Notes under the pieces: model-generated
Seen by the model: the letters and a program-made list of their open reading frames with translations, nothing else
What the model was told of the DNA's origin: nothing
Database searches by the model: none
Part shown: positions 51,057 through 64,000 of the stretch, piece by piece
How the letters are laid out: each line of letters begins with the position of its first letter
How positions within the stretch are numbered: the first letter of the stretch is position 1
NCBI GenBank assembly: GCA_951406725.2
Contig: OX597831.1
Span: forward strand, 74,462,001 to 74,526,000
DNA length: 64,000 nucleotides
Direction: 5' to 3'
DNA from: Octopus vulgaris
Lineage: Eukaryota
Made by a program: the position numbers and the translations under genes

Positions 51057-52030
51057 AGATACGTTGAAGCTAAAACAATAAATGACTAATATTTGTCTTC
51101 CTCGCAGTAATTGTTGAATTTAAATCGAACAAAAGCGAAATTTACTCAGTGTTATATTATCCATATTTTCGTATTATCTCCCGTTCAGTATTTCTGGTTT
51201 TTGATATTTGACTCGGTTCGTGATGCCTACATTAAAATTCTAAAAGGACTTCTATAACAAAATTTTATTCGAAATAGATTCATGATCATTTCGTTTTGGG
51301 ATTTGGTTCGCAAGATTCTTTATATGAGTTCGTGTGTTGAAACATATTCTGTTGTGTCTGGGGAGAGTTACTTTCTTTTTGTGCCTTATAATCTAAGGTA
51401 CAAAAAGAAAATGACTCTCTCCATACACAACAGATTCATGATCAGTTCCACTTCTACTCGCTGATGGCAACATGTGCAACTCATTCTAATTTAAACATCT
51501 TTCATTTGTTTAAAAATTGCACCTCACGTGAATTAAAATTTCTCTAGCAGTCACGTTTCTACTGTAAACTGCCATCGCCCTTTTGTAAGCTCCAAACGTT
51601 TTTAGGATAGGGTACAGCCCAAACTAAGAACACGAACACAGCAAATTACTCACGAAGAATTGTTAAGTAGCAGTGGTCTGTGACTGACGTAAAATACAAA
51701 CAAAAGACAATTATGACAACAGTCTTAGCTAGAACTTACAATATTATCCTATCCATCAAAATTATTTAATTTAATTTTCAGAGTTGTCTTTCCCTGCCTT
51801 TCTTCACCGGAAACAATAATTATATTTACAGAGATGTACTTGCATAGCAAGTGACCTGATCTGAGATCGTGTACTGGAACGAAAACAATTGCAGCGTGGA
51901 AGGTGTTTATATTACTACATTACTCTTTAGTTTTCTCTCCTCGATACAGGAGTGGCTCTACTTAAAATTTCTTATTAAGACTCGGCAGCATAAAATATCT
52001 TAACCCTAGCTTTACTCTCTATGAATGCCG

Positions 52031-52068
<38 letters not shown>

Positions 52069-52104
52069 ACCTATCCACTCACACACACACACACATTAAA
52101 ATTC

Positions 52105-52899
52105 GGATCTTTTCGATTTGAACGGCAGTTTTTAACATAATTTCTAGGTAACTAAAAAATTTTAAACTTCCTATACTGGTAGAATGTGTTTATGAAACAT
52201 CTTTTTCTCTTGGCTTTCTTGAGAAAATTCTATAGTTTGTAACATATTTGTTGTTTTTCTTCTGCAATTTCAAATAATCAATGACGTCTATTGAGTTGAA
52301 AACATTCTGTGCCGTAAGAATATTCCCTCGTTTAAGAAACAGATTGGGTTTATTTACATTTGTGAAGAAAAAAAGATACCCTTCCCTCACCCCTAACCCT
52401 AACCAAAGCCCTAAATCTAAAATAGATTGAAATGCAATAGATCGATACTAGGGTCATAATTATGGGTGACAATTTCATATGACACCGCTAGAAAAAACTG
52501 CCATTTTCTCTAGCGGTGTCATATGAATTTGACACCCATAATTATGACCCTAGTATCGATCTATTGCATTTCAATCTATTTTAGATTTAGGGTTGGTTAG
52601 GGGTGGGGGAAGGGTATCTTTTTTTCTTCACAAATGTAAATGAACCCAATCTGTTTCTTAAACGAGAGACATATTCATACGGCACAGAATGCTTTTTAAT
52701 TCAATAGACGGTCATTGATTGGTTACAATTGCCGAAATGCAAGAAATTAAAGACGAAATATGTTACAAACTACAGAATTTTCTCAAGAAAGCCAAGAGAA
52801 AAAGATGTTTTATAAACACATTCTACCAGTATACGAAGTTTAAAATTTTTAGTTACCTAGAAATTATGTTAAAAACTGCTGTTCAAACCGAAAAAATCC
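52105..52899. mobile_element. Foldback/MITE element, ~390-bp inverted arms, 8-bp TSD
   Basis: GGATC...ATCC ends; TAAAATTC duplicated at 52097-52104 and 52900-52907. Confidence 0.85.
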
Positions 52900-52969
52900 T
52901 AAAATTCTTTTACTTGTTTCAGCCATTTGACTGCGGCCTTGCTGGAGCACTACCTTCAATCGAACAAAT

Positions 52970-54790
52970 CGAGGCAAGACTTTCGCCCATCTCCACCCCC
53001 AAAGAAACAACCTTAAATTTTTTTTCGGCACAATATGGGAAGAAGGACTTCAAAAATAAGAGTGGAGGGAATTCCACCGGAAATTGATCTGGCTTGGGTC
53101 GTGGCGGCTGTTTTCCTGGGAAGTGAAGAAGAAGTAGCCGTCCTCCAAGCCACAAAAACAGACAAACGGTAAACCTGATTGTACAGGCGACGAGTTGAGA
53201 CACTTGAAAATCTAGCTGAGGCGGTGTCAATCGGAGATCTGATGTTAAAAGTGTGGGTGGAGGGCAGGACTCCTCGTTGCTTTAAATGTGGCCACAAAGC
53301 AAAGGCCACATTAGAGCACACGGTCCTCTGCAAAAGCAGACAACGGAAAGGACTTCGGAAAAGAAACAAGAGGAAGAAAAGGAAAGAGAGGAAGAAAGAG
53401 TGGAAGAATGGAAAACTACAGAAGGAAAAATGAAGAAGAGAAAAAGGAACAGGGTAATATAGAACCCCAAACCTTACCAACCCACAAACACCGAACCCAC
53501 CCATTCCCCTCCTACACAAGCAAAAATAAAAGAAACAAAGTGACAAGTTGAAAGTCGGCAAAATTTGTTAGTACAGAAAAATATCAGAAATCATTAGGGT
53601 TTGTGTTGATGTTGCAAAAACAGATGAGGGAGGTAAAGAAACACAGAAAGGGTGTCAAATCATGGAAAATAAACGCAGACATTGGGAAAATACCAGACAA
53701 TATAGAATGTGAGGTACTTTTGGAGAAATATGGTATAGACGTAATAAAAGGACTCCCAAAGAAGTGATGCTGCTCGAGGGGATGGGGAAGCTCATTTCCA
53801 TTTTCTCATTTCATATTTCATTCATATTATATTCATAATTTTAGTTGAATTTATTTTTGCGTTATATGTCCCCACATCTGCTTGTTTTGTCCCCTCTCTT
53901 TTGGTCCCTTATGGGCAATAAAGAAACGAAGCGTCGCGTAGAGCGAGTGGAGTTGATTTAGTTTGGCGATAGCGTTGTCGCTGCGAGTTGTTGTTGTTGC
54001 GAGAGTTGTTGTACTTGGATTTTTGATTATTGTTATTTGTTGAAATTTTGAGATTTGTTAATTGTTGCCGACTGTTTCTTCCCCGTTTTGGGGTGAAGAC
54101 ATGGAAGCTGGTCCAATGGAGGAACGACCAACAAGCAGTTACGCTGAGGTGGCAGGCAAGAGCCTGCCAGCCGATGTTCTGCAATTGAATGAATTAATGT
54201 TGAAGCAAAAGGATTTTAAAAAGTACAAAGAATTATTTTAAAAAGTGGGAGACTGCCCCAGGATGATACTCCCGGTAGAAGCGATGGAAAGAGCAGAAAG
54301 AAAAATAATTACATACAGAACTCTGAACTTAGAAACGGAAAGAATGTAGGTAGCGGAGGTCGATGCCATTGAGGGATGCCTGCGCGGAGTGAAGGGAGTA
54401 ACGACGTTTTATACCCGAAGAAGGAAATACGGCACAGTGGAGGTTCGCTTCGTGAACGAGGATGAAGCGAAAAAATGCTCCACTGTGCCGTTGAGATCAG
54501 CCAGGGGGATACTTTTGCCAACCTATCGTGGTAAAAGAGCGACGAGAGTACGGATAGGGAGAGTGGCGCCCAACATAGATGAGGAGTGGCTGGTGGCAGC
54601 CATCCTGCTTAACTGTGAGAACGAGACCGAGATTATGAAGGTGGCAAAGTCAGCAGAGGTAAACTGGTGGGAATATGGACTGGAAATTATGGTCCATATG
54701 ACGCTGCCAGACCTGCACATGATAGAGGAGTTGGTGCTCCCCGATGACACCCAGTTGAGAATCGTGGTGGCGGGAAAATGGTTGAGTTGA
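52970..54790 (+). mobile_element. Fragments of LINE ORF1/gag-like elements
   Basis: VWVEGRTPRCFKCGH zinc-knuckle start; ORF 54389-54790 ends LRIVVAG; basic tracts; disrupted frames. Confidence 0.55.
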
Positions 54791-55389
54791 ACGAGTTCCT
54801 TAATATAGATGTGGGAATTTTATAGAGCTTAGAAAAGCCAAATTTATACTTGAAGGAACCGAATGTTAATACAAAAAAAAAAAAGATAATATTGTAATAT
54901 CTGCAATACAGATTTCATCTATTAATAGCATTATTGGATAAAAAGATAAAATTGCTTTCTGACTAGCTTTACTCCAGCCCCTAAACTTTAATTGGGTTTC
55001 GTTTCACGAGTCATCATTCCCCAGAGTTAGTATTTAGAGCCAGGTTCAAGAACATTAGCCAAACAAAGCAATTCTCTAAAGTTACATTATAAAAATGTAC
55101 ACGATAAACCTATACAGACCCATTTAGTGTCCCTTAAAAGTGTGTGCCCATCACTATGAAGCTATAGGTAATCAAACATCCTGTAATGTCACAGATTTAA
55201 ATGGAGAAGTGGGATGAAGCATCATGGGAAAGGAACTGCAAATAAACTCCTTTTAGCATCAAGACATCACAGTCAGACTCCGTAAAATCAGAAGGGATTC
55301 CAATCACAACCAAAGCATGACCTGGGGCTGGGGATCAGTAGAAGAAATTATACAGCGTTTCATGCACGTATTAACATGTGCAACACTTT

Positions 55390-56030
55390 AGCAACTGGTA
55401 CAATTGATAGAGAGATTCTTCAGAAGAGAGGCAACGGTCAGTTTATGGTTAAACAATGGAACTGAGCAATCTAACATTGCAAAAACCAAAAAAAGGGCCT
55501 GAACAGATGAGCTGCTGACAAAGCTTGTGAAAGCCACGATTTCTGCTTCGAAGTGAAGATGGGATGGATAAAAAGATTCAGTAAATTTATTCGGCACAGA
55601 GTGGATGGAACTGTTCAAATTGTGAAATACGCCCATAAGTGTTTTTGCGTGGGAATATAGTTCAGTTGAAAGTTCGAATGCAGCTGAGGAATTGACATGA
55701 AAAGAAACATTCCCAGATGGGGTTTTTTTTCATGAATTGGGCTGCTACATGAAAATGAAGGCAAAAATAGTAAAAGTGTATTTAAGCCAAAACGTAACTT
55801 GCCACTTGCAGCACGAGAACAGATAAATAAGGAACTTGAACAATTCGAAAGCTTAGGAATAATCAAGACGGACCATTCAGATTGGGCAGCGCCTACAATC
55901 TGCGTAAGTTACGAGTTTGTACAGATTTTTCAACAAGTTTAAATTGCTTAAGCTCACAGAACCACCCATTGCTGTGTCCTAATGAATTGTTGGCAGACAT
56001 GGAATGGTAAAGTACCAAACTTTGACATAG
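55390..56030 (+). mobile_element. Ty3/Gypsy pol relic (protease end, RT start)
   Basis: NLFGTEWMELFKL; KPKRNLPLAAREQINKELEQFESLGII..DHSDWAAPTI. Confidence 0.75.
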
Positions 56031-56892
56031 TTTAGGATTTTTATGAAAGAAAATAATTCCACATGCATCCTATAGCAACCACCTCGGGATTCATGACACT
56101 GCCTTAAAGAACTCCGACTTAAAGAACTCCGCATAACTGGATTATATCTATGTTGCACTTATTGCATGTCAGGAGTTGGAAGGCAAGGGGGGGGGGGGTG
56201 AAATTTCAGAAATACCAGCTTCTAAAAGAATTAGAGATTTGCGAAACCATTACAGAATAATTTTATATTACGTGACCGTGCACGTGGGTAGGGGTATAAA
56301 ATTACATAATTTCTCACATGAACCCTGATTAATCGGACAAATTTTTGACCAATTTTTCTTCAGCTTAAAAAGTCTTCACTATCTCCAGAATATCAGATCA
56401 TATTAAGGACTGGTCTTGGGGAAAACATTTTCCAACTTGGTAATATAAATTGCGTAGAATTTAGTAACTTCCTCCGGGAAAACACTCAGAATGCTCAATA
56501 GACAAACATTGATGTTCTAATGATCCCAAATTTAAGAAAACTGTGCTTGTGAATTTCTGGGGAAAGGGGTCAGCACCTAACCATTGTTTAAGAACCGTCT
56601 TCAGATTACAAAGATTTTAAAACTGGAATCAACATCAGCTGCTATATTTGGCAAAAGAGACTGTTCCAGTATAGACATTCATGAATGAACAAGAGCTGGA
56701 TGAAAAGCAATATGCTGGTAGTGAAAGGTACCATTAATCAAAGACCAATTCTTAGAATTGTGGAACAGTCAACATTATAAGCAGGGGATATCTACTGCAG
56801 ATTCCTCCAACCTATCTCAACATGGCAGATTCTAAACTAATTCAAAATTTGCCAAGGCCATTTATGAAGAGGGAACGAGAAAGCATTATATA

Positions 56893-56996
56893 TCAAGGGT
56901 CAACGACTAGACATCAAGGGCCAAAGACTGGACATCAAGGGTCAAGACTAGACATCAAGGGTCAAAGACTAGACATCAAGAGTCAAAGACTATACA
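56893..56996. repeat. ~21-bp minisatellite, five copies (TCAAGGGTCAAAGACTAGACA)
   Basis: Direct inspection. Confidence 0.9.
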
Positions 56997-57995
56997 GAGT
57001 TACACATAGTTCCATAAATTCGAAGATTTATCAAAGAAAAATTCTTTTTACCAGCAAAAAAAAAAATGCCTTCAGAAATGGGTTCGTTAAATAAATCCCT
57101 TATACAGCTAGTCATTTTATAGGCCCTACAAGAGAACAAAAAAGGTAAAGCTTACACTCCCAGGAGCTAATAAAAGAAAACATATTTTAGTATCTGATAC
57201 AGATCATAGTAAATAATTGCTTTTCGGATAAGCTAAAATGGTTTCATGCTTACCTTTTGCTGTTGCCTACAACAGATATGTAGAAAAGCCCTGCATAAGA
57301 TTTTTTTTCTTTAGAAAATACCAAAATCAAAATGGTTTTAGCTTTCAAATTTTTTCGAAGTGCCTAACATGTGAATCTCCTACTGAAACATAATTCCTGC
57401 AGGTTCTATACATCTCTTCGACTTGTAGCTCCCAACAGATCCCACATCTGACGATTGAGCCCTTACTCCTCCCTCTGATTTGGCTCTGGCCTGCTGCAGG
57501 GTTACATTCTGCTCTCCCAAAACTCACTCTGCTAAACAGCAATGCCAGTTTATAGAAGGTTAAGCAGATGGGACAGTTCTTATAAGGAGAGTTTCTAACT
57601 ACTCCCAGAAAAACCAGCAAAATTGCAAAGTGAACCGCGACCATTTAGAACGTGGTCCATCGAGTTAGTAAGGGAAGTACTTAAAGCCTTCAATGAACCA
57701 CCCCTGAGCAGAGTTTACTGCTTTATCAACTCCGCTCCATTTGAAAGTGAGGGTGGGAAGACACGGAACCTATTTGACAATCTTTCTGCAGTTATTTCAG
57801 CAGAATTTTAACATTTTAACAATAGGCGCAGGAGTGGCTGTGTGGTAAGTAGCTTGCTTACCAACCACATGGTTCCGGGTTCAGTCCCACTGCATGGCAT
57901 CTTGGGAAAGTGTCTTCTGCTATAGCCTCGGGCCGACCAATGCCTTGTGAGTGGATTTGGTGGACGGAAACTGAAAGAAGCCTGTCGTATATATG

Positions 57996-58026
<31 letters not shown>

Positions 58027-58269
58027 TTGTGTGTCTATGTTTGTCCCCCTAGCATTGCTTGACAACCGATGCTAGTGTGTTTACGTCCCCGCCACTTAGC
58101 GGTTCGGCAAAAGAGACTGATAGAATAAGTACTGGGTTTACAAAGAATAAGTCCCGGGGTCAATTTGCTCGATTAAAGGCGGTGCTCCAGCATGGCCGCA
58201 GACAAATGACTGAAACAAGTAAAAGAGTAAAAGAGAGAGTAAAAGGGTATTTAAAAATTGCCAAGCAAC

Positions 58270-58900
58270 AGGTGCATTTAACATGTATTAAAAAAACGTT
58301 GAGTTCCTTTATCACGTCTATACCATATTTCGTTTGTAGTTCTCCACTTGTCCGGTATATCTTTAATGTCTGTCTATGTCTCTCAATATTTCAAACCTTT
58401 GTTGCTTCACTTTTCCCATCTGTCCGTCTGAAAACAACATACCTGTATTCCACCCTATTATATCCTGATAACCATCTGTACTCACAAACTTTGCTGCCTT
58501 CCAACTCGTTACCATCCGGATTAGCTTCGTGTTGTCCTTGTCCGTCATTATACACGCGTAGTTTACTTTTTGGGGAGCGGAATTTTTTGTGCTTTGTTGT
58601 GTCTGCGATTCTTTTTTTTTTTCTTTTTAGCTTGTCTATGAGAGAAATGGGTGGGTTCTGTGTCTGTAGGGAGAGGGTGGGTGTCAGAGGGTATGGGTGA
58701 GTGGGCAAGGTTTGGGTGTCCCACATTACACTTTTTTCTCTTTTTTTCCATCTGCTACTCTCCATTCTTCCTCTCTTTCCTCCTCTTTTCTTCCTAAGCC
58801 AAGCTAAGCTCTCTTTATCCTTCAATTCCCCCGCTCTTCTCCCTACTGCAAACAAGAATAGAATCCCCCAACAAAAATTGCTAGAAACAGCAACCAACTC
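58270..58900 (-). mobile_element. Inverted relative of the 53400-53900 element
   Basis: Shared GAACCCACCCATT.C.CTC.TA.ACAAGC segment and downstream similarity. Confidence 0.5.
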
Positions 58901-59542
58901 CCTTTCATACCACTCCTTGCCGCCTTAGAATAACCATCAGATAATGTGGTCTTGATTTTCCATTGGAGTTCATAATCTACTGACGGAGTGGTCATGACTG
59001 GAATGCCTTTCATCCAAAGTCTACTTCATCGAACAGAACCAATAGTAGTAACTGTAACAACACACGTCGATGTTTTCAAGGGATACAACTCCATCTTATC
59101 TTTTAATTTAATTATTACTTCCCTTCCCTAAGAATTCAGTTTTCACTTAAATAATAATAATGAAATTATTGTATTTAGTGCTCAGGTGCACCACAACTTG
59201 TGAAAAGTGCGTATAAAGCATATGCAGTAATGTACAAATGTCTGTGAAGTGAACAGTGTATGAGTCAGATACATGCTTGCATGTGTATGGAGGGGAGAAA
59301 ATCAGGCGTAGTGTTGGCGAATCTCAGGAAGCATGGAAGTTTTGAAGGATGCAGTGCTCCGACAACTAACAACTGATGCCGTGTTAAAATGCGGTCTAAT
59401 TCACGCTGATCTGGTACCTGTTACACACAACTTCAAGAACTAATGTAATTTTGAGATAAAACCATAATTTCTGGCCAAGCCAACCAACAAAATGCCTGTT
59501 TTGAACTAAGTAATGATAGCAACAACAACAGCGACAGCAGTG

Positions 59543-59740
59543 GAGGCGCAATGGCCCAGTGGTTAGGGCAGCGGACTCGCGGTCGGAGGATCGCGGTTTC
59601 GATTCGCAGACCGGGCGTTGTGTGTGTTTATTGAGCGAAAATACCTAAAGCTCCACGAGGCTCCAGCAGGGGGTGGTGGCGACCCCTGTTGTACTCTTTC
59701 GCCCCAACTTTCTTTCACTCTCTCTTCCTGTTTCTTGTCC
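59543..59740 (+). mobile_element. tRNA-derived SINE family C
   Basis: GGAGGCGCAATGGCCCAGTGGTTAGGGCAGCGGACTCGCG head; longer inverted copy at 61775-62157; diverged copy near 60285-60550. Confidence 0.8.
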
Positions 59741-61036
59741 CCGACTTCCTACGCAACCGCTGAGCCTGGATGCGCATTCATCCATCCGTCGATGCTCTCG
59801 GTGTCGGGGGTTGACCTGCTTTCTCTTCTTCGGGTCTTACGAATAGCAAAGGACCACGTTTCGGACTTCTCCCACTCTGGGACGAAGAGCGCTTCGCTAA
59901 ACAAACAGCAACAATAATATTGCATCGTATCCACGTTTTTCTACATTATCAGTGCCAGTGTCTCTCATCCATTTTTTTTGCCTCTGGAAGCCTTTGATCC
60001 CTGCCTTACTTGGATGAACCCTCTTGTAAGGAATTGCATAAAAAAAATTGTGGAAATATTTTGTGTATCATAGAAGTATAACCAATTTATTGCAGATAAA
60101 TTTTAAAAAATAGAATCTTATGTGGATCCGTAAGAGCTATGTGAACCCGTAAGGGTCGTATGGACCCCAGTTGATAACTCCTGGTCTCAACCGGGGAACC
60201 CCTGGTCTACGCCGTCATTACTGCCTTACAAACTAATTAACTACTTAATGTAATAACATTATTGATTTAGTAGCGTCTGGTTGGTGGAGCACATGGCCTA
60301 GTGGTTAGGGCAGCGAAAACACCGTCGAGGGATCGCGAGTTCGAATCTCAGACCAAGCGATGTGTGCGTTTATGAGCGAAACATCTACGTTCCACGCGCC
60401 TCCGGCAGAAGGTAATGGCAATCTTCTGCTGACTCTTTCGCCACAACTTTCTCTTTCTCACTCTTTCCTCCGGCATATAGCAGCTTACCTGAGACGGACC
60501 GGCGTCCCGCCCAGGTAGGGGTCCTATACGCCAATGAAACCGGCCCTTATGATGGTTTCTTTATAAATCCTATCTTTTTTCTTGGAATTGCTTGAACACA
60601 TAAAACAGTGGAAGGAGAGAAATCAATGTCTTCTTTATCGATTACCTGGATATTGATACTCCCTTTATAGATATTCCCTAAACTTAGCTACTCTCTACAA
60701 AGCTACAGTAGTAGTTGGGAGTTTAGTAGTTCAAGCAGAATGACAATAATGAAGTTCGCATACCGCCCTTAGATGTGCATCCTTTAGGAACAGCTGCTCG
60801 CTAGAAAGCGAAAGGCGAACAGTGTGTGGAAGCGAAAAAAAAACCGAAGGCTGACGTTCTCTCAGAGTTCCTATTTATTCCTTTGGGGATTAAGGTATAT
60901 TCGTGAACAAAGCAATGTATATGTCTCACCTCTCATAACTTCCAACTGACCGAAGAATTCTATCTCAAAGGAAACGATCTCGTAGGAAAATCTAGGGTAA
61001 GGTTTCGTCTCTTGTCTATGAATCCTAGAAACAATT

Positions 61037-61071
<35 letters not shown>

Positions 61072-61398
61072 CATGTATATGTATATATGTATGTATGTAT
61101 GTATATGTATGTATGTATGCATGCATGCATGCATGCGTGTATGTATGTATGGATGTATGTGTATGTGTGTGTGTGTGTGTGTGTATAAATAGAAAAACAA
61201 GATAAACACAAGATGCAATTTTATTAAAGGGTTTTGTTCCCTATGAATGTGAGCACGCTCGACCCCCTCATTAGTTATTCATCAAATATCATAATTTTGA
61301 CACCCTATATATATATATGAATCCAACGTTTCTCGTCAAAGTTTTTACCAAAAAAAAAACCCCAAAAAAACAAAACAACGAAAACGTAACAAGTTCGC

Positions 61399-61471
61399 TG
61401 CCGAAACCCGGGATCGAACCAGGGACCTTTAGATCTTCAGTCTAACGCTCTCCCAACTGAGCTATTTCGGC
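61399..61471 (-). tRNA. tRNA-Phe: tRNA-Phe (GAA)
   Basis: 73-nt GCCGAAATAGCTCAGTTGGGAGAGCGTTAGACTGAAGATCTAAAGGTCCCTGGTTCGATCCCGGGTTTCGGCA; full cloverleaf, A/B boxes, T-runs downstream. Confidence 0.98.
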
Positions 61472-61634
61472 TGCACCGTTTCCAAACTCCATTCTGATTA
61501 CTTTTAATTACATAAATTTACAATTAATGGTGACTGGTTTGTTAGTTACTGTTTGTCGTTGTTTTGTAATTGCTTTACAACAGTCTGTCTGCCTCTCTCT
61601 CTCTCTCTTCATTTATCTCTCTCTCTCTCTTCAT

Positions 61635-61673
<39 letters not shown>

Positions 61674-62719
61674 TCTCCTTTTCTCTCCTTAAAGCCAGAA
61701 AGTATAGAAGGTATCTTAGGAGACAGGATATTCGTGATCATAGGATAAGGCTTGGGTGGAGACTTTTTTTTTTGGAAGCACTCCGTCGGTTACGACGACG
61801 AGGGTTCCGGTTGATCCGAATCAACGGAACAGCCTGCTCGTGAAATTAACGTGTAAGTGGCTGAGCACTCCACAGACACGTGTACCCTTAACGCAGTTCT
61901 CGGGGATATTCAGAGTGACACAGAGAGTGACAAGGCCGGCCCTTTGAAATACAGGTACAACAGAAACAGGAAGTAAGAGTGAGAGAAAGTTGTGGTGAAA
62001 GAGTACAGCAGGGATCACCACCATCCCCTGCCGGAGCCTCGTGGAGCTTTAGGTGTTTTCGCTCAATAAACACTCACATCGCCCGGTCTGGGAATCGAAA
62101 CCGCGATCCTATGACCGCGAGTCCGCTGCCCTAACCACTGGGCCATTGCGCCTCCACGGGTGGAGACTAACCAGGTAGCAAGCGATAGCAGTGGATAGGC
62201 GGTTACAAGGAATTTAACTAGGATTTAAGGCGGGCCAGGGACTTGGGGCAACTATGGACAACTTAAAGAAAGTAGCGATAGAGGACAACTTGGTGTTTAT
62301 GGGAACAAGAAATAGAAAAACGAACAGGTTTTTGAGAATAACCAGTGATTCTCTCTGATTTTTGGCACAAGGGTAGCAACTTTGAGGGGAGAGGAAGTAA
62401 CATGGACGCCACTGCTTAACTTGTACTCATCTTATTAATCCAGAAAGCATGAAAGGCAAAGTCCACCTTGGTTGTTTTTGTACTCGGAACGTAAAGAGCC
62501 GGAAGAAATGCTCTCTCTTTTACTTGTTTCAGTTATTTGACTGCGGCCATTCTGGAGCACCGCCTTTAGTCGAGCAAATCGACCCCGCGACTTATTCTTT
62601 GTAAGCTCAGTACTTATTCTATCAGTCTTTTTTGCCGAACCGCTAAGTGACGGGAACATAAACACACCAGCATCGGTTGTCGAGCGATGTTGGAGGAACA
62701 AACACAGACACACAAGCAT

Positions 62720-62754
<35 letters not shown>

Positions 62755-63019
62755 CATATATACGACAGGCTTCTTTCAGTTTCCGTCTACCAAATCCACT
62801 CACAAGGCATTGGTCGGACGAAAGACAAATGAAATACTGCTAGGCATTTCGCCCGGCGTGCTAACCATTCTGCCAGCTCGCCACCTCCGAGTAACCAACA
62901 ACGTAAGTGGGCCAGGCTTTAGTGTAAACCAGGAATGGAGTGCGACTACGGGGAGATTTAGAGCAGCAGTCCATATGATCCTCGCGGTGGGTGGCCAGGT
63001 AAAATTTTGTAAAAATTTA

Positions 63020-63414
63020 TCTTTATATATAAAAGTGAGGTTGTGTATCTGTCTCCTCAGATTTAGATTCCTAACTACTCCTACATTTTGCGGTGCAGTT
63101 TAACCAAAACCGGGTATCTTATAGTCGTGATTCATATCGAGCCCTTCTGGGTATTAGCGCGCGTCTACGATGAGTCTACGATTAAAAAACAAATTACCAT
63201 CATTTTTTCCCATTTTTAATGCATTTTTGGCATATATAAGGGAAGTAACTCTCTAAAAATTTATTATTAAATCTCAGAACGTAAAAAGCTACAGTAACAC
63301 CCCCCCCCCTTTGTGGTTAGCCATATTGAGATGGCTATTATACTTTACATCTCTAAAAATGCTTATATAGTTATTTCCCTTTCAAACCCGAGCAACGCCG
63401 GGCGATACTGCTAG
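63020..63414 (+). mobile_element. Non-autonomous Helitron
   Basis: A|TCTTTATATATAAAAG...CCCGAGCAACGCCGGG..CTAG|T. Confidence 0.8.
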
Positions 63415-63696
63415 TCTGCTATAAATTGATTATACTTGTGTAATACACAAAATATTTTAATGTTGTTTTATACAATTCCTAATAATATTTAATAATAGAA
63501 AATAGAACAGGGTTTTTTAGACACCGAATGGCAATGAGGGTCGCCCTGAGTAGAATAGGAATTAAAAGTCCATAGGCAAAAAAAAAATGATCGAAAACCA
63601 CTGATTTAGAGAGTAGCCTGGTTTAGAGAGTATTTACTGAAGCAATCCATAATCAAGTAATCATTAATTCCTCTCATTTCACTGTTTTATGTGAGA

Positions 63697-64000
63697 CTAG
63701 CTGTATCCTCGGTGTTGCTCGGGTTTGTAAGGGAAATAACTATATAAGCATTTTTAGAGAGTTACTTCCCTTATATAACCCGAGCAAAAATCATTAAAAA
63801 TGCGGAAAAATGATGGTAATTTTTTTTTAAATCGTAGACTCATCGTAGACGCGCGCTAATACCCAGAAGGGCTCGATATGAATGACGACTATAAGATACC
63901 CGCTTTTGGTTAAACTGCACCGCAAAATGTGGGAGTAGTTAGGAATCGAAATCGGAGGAGACAGAGTCTCACACACACAACTTTAATTTTATATATAAAG
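63697..64000 (-). mobile_element. Second copy of the same Helitron, inverted, reaching the window edge
   Basis: Reverse-complement similarity to 63020-63414; CTAG end at 63697. Confidence 0.8.

Noticed and set aside
57345-57811. ORFs with a CPICL motif and a nearby donor-like site
   Set aside because: No RING continuation, stops in the other frames, no recognisable homology
59543-59620. tRNA-like sequences at SINE heads (also 31100, 60285, 62085)
   Set aside because: A/B boxes present but no proper acceptor stem, and they continue into repeat bodies

Overview
AT-rich, microsatellite- and retroposon-dense animal DNA. The SINE/RTE families and TTAGGG repeats suggest a cephalopod (Octopus-like); this is inference. 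The one host protein gene is an insulin-degrading enzyme (IDE/insulysin, M16A) gene on the minus strand. I traced 18 coding exons by hand from ATG 33447 to 1858 (1767 nt, 589 codons, all GT-AG, phases consistent), including two 27-nt microexons. The gene continues off the left edge, and candidate non-coding first exons lie near 50-51.7 kb. Catalytic HFCEH and the third Zn ligand are intact, but the exosite/glycine loop is unusually remodelled. An intact tRNA-Phe(GAA) lies at 61399-61471. The rest is mobile DNA: tRNA-SINEs, RTE/CR1/R4-like LINE pieces, a Penelope-like element (RT plus GIY-YIG), a decayed mariner, Helitrons, TTAA MITEs, a foldback element and a Gypsy relic. The most striking unannotated signal is about 12 sequence-diverse minimal type I hammerhead ribozyme motifs between 22.8 and 49.5 kb. 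They mostly have palindromic helix III and non-canonical cores, sit in small (TA)n-embedded and often inverted-repeat units, and one is at the 3' end of the Penelope element. Most ORF-track entries are microsatellite or repeat artefacts.
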